Of a DNA stretch of 64,000 nucleotides, positions 62,876 through 64,000 are shown piece after piece. Under the pieces are notes generated by a model. That model made no database searches and was not told where the DNA came from. It saw only the letters and a list, made by a program, of their open reading frames with translations. The stretch is from Iphione sp. A-MEVVRFRX5 (taxonomy: Eukaryota), in the NCBI GenBank assembly GCA_976226885.1, contig OZ320313.1:105896001-105960000 (forward strand), read 5' to 3'. Both the position numbers and the translations under genes were made by a program. Within the stretch, counting starts at the first letter, position 1. Every line of letters begins with the position of its first letter.

Positions 62876-64000
62876 TATTTTGATGTTATAACATCAAGCA
62901 GTGATCGGTCAACTGCGAGGCATTTATACCAGGTCAATTCAATATAGGACCCTGGTCTGCTTTATGTATGTAGCTCCACTCTAGTAAATAACCAGTAGCT
63001 TCGTAGAAGATCATTAGTTCATTCCTCTTGCTTTGGTGAACTCCACCGTCTACATGCTGTATCTGTATATCTTATTAGCATACATCTATCATTGCAAATT
63101 TGTTTATGTCAACATAGAAAAATATATATCATTGTCCATCCCCTGTCCTATTATTGCACTATTGCAACCATGCCCTTCTGAGTAAAGATTCTCACTGGCA
63201 TAACTACAGCATCAAAGAGCCTATAATAAATTAATAAAAACCAGAACATGAGGAAAAAATACCGACACAAGTCCTTGAATCTATAAACACATTATGTTTC
63301 ACTTCAGGTTTCTGGTTTGAACGCCTAAAACGTATGTACAACTGACTATGCAGAGTCCGACCACCAACATTCAGTTTTTCAACAATGCTTTCTGCTCTGA
63401 TCATTGACTACGTCGAGACTTGTCTACAAATAATCCTCCCGCACCGTCTCCATTGTGCATAGTGACGAGGACGACTATTTTACCTCACCCAGGTATCAGG
63501 GTCACCATAGCCCGGCCCTCAAAGGACCTGCCAGGCGGCATCCAGATAACACGTCCGGATTATTAGCCAAGCCTGGATACAGGGGCACTCCAGCAATAGA
63601 TAACGATGCCGTGAAAACAGCGCCCCCTCCCGGCCGGGCAGGTTACACAATGTTCTCACCAGGCGGCGCAATAGGAGCATGACACTTCACATTCCACCGC
63701 CGGTAATAAGTGGAGGGCTAGATCTTTTCGACCTGATATTCTATAATATGCCGTCTTATATTTGTAGTAAAAGGGTTACACATCACTGCACTGTATGCGA
63801 TGTTCCATGGGACGAATTCCGTGTTCCGGAAAGAAAGTGACATCTAATGAGGCGTGTGCGTGTAATTGATGTCACAGAATTAAAGTTAACTAGATACCAG
63901 CTCGAAGGAAGCGGTTAACAATGTAGGCAGTAAGTGGAAAATCCTGCATAAATGAAACTACATAATACCCCGTAGAGTAAGTTTATGTTTTATGTTCCTT

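Noticed and set aside
1-64000. Prokaryotic or viral systems (CRISPR, operons, endogenous virus, Polinton)
   Set aside because: No repeat-spacer array, no gene-dense block and no gap-free ORF reaching 200 aa; the sequence is spliceosomal-intron-rich animal DNA.

Overview
Eukaryotic (animal) genomic DNA. It is probably amphioxus/Branchiostoma-like; this is an inference from the many TACATGTA octamers and the MITE/SINE-like ends, not a database result. The only gene I can support is five minus-strand coding exons (54377-54505, 52971-53162, 45872-45970, 6094-6204, 370-453). They have canonical AG/GT splice sites, splice in one open frame, and encode the N-terminal coiled-coil region of a RIM-binding protein (TSPOAP1/RIMBP2/RIMBP3 family). 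The gene runs off both ends of the window. About 99% of the window is intron, including one apparent 39.7-kb intron (6205-45871) with a 130-N assembly gap. The introns are a patchwork of AT-rich DNA, microsatellites, strongly G- or C-skewed tracts, heavily decayed transposon fragments (best case a hAT transposase remnant), small MITE-like elements, and GC-rich islands carrying promoter/enhancer-type motifs (TATA, CCAAT, ETS, E-box, RFX X-box, CTCF-like). I found no intact transposase, reverse transcriptase, viral gene, tRNA/rRNA, ribozyme or CRISPR array. Nearly all ORFs in the supplied track look spurious. I did not find a clearly novel system; the best leads are possible internal promoters or small transcription units in the giant intron, a candidate microexon and a few unusual hairpins, all needing data to confirm.
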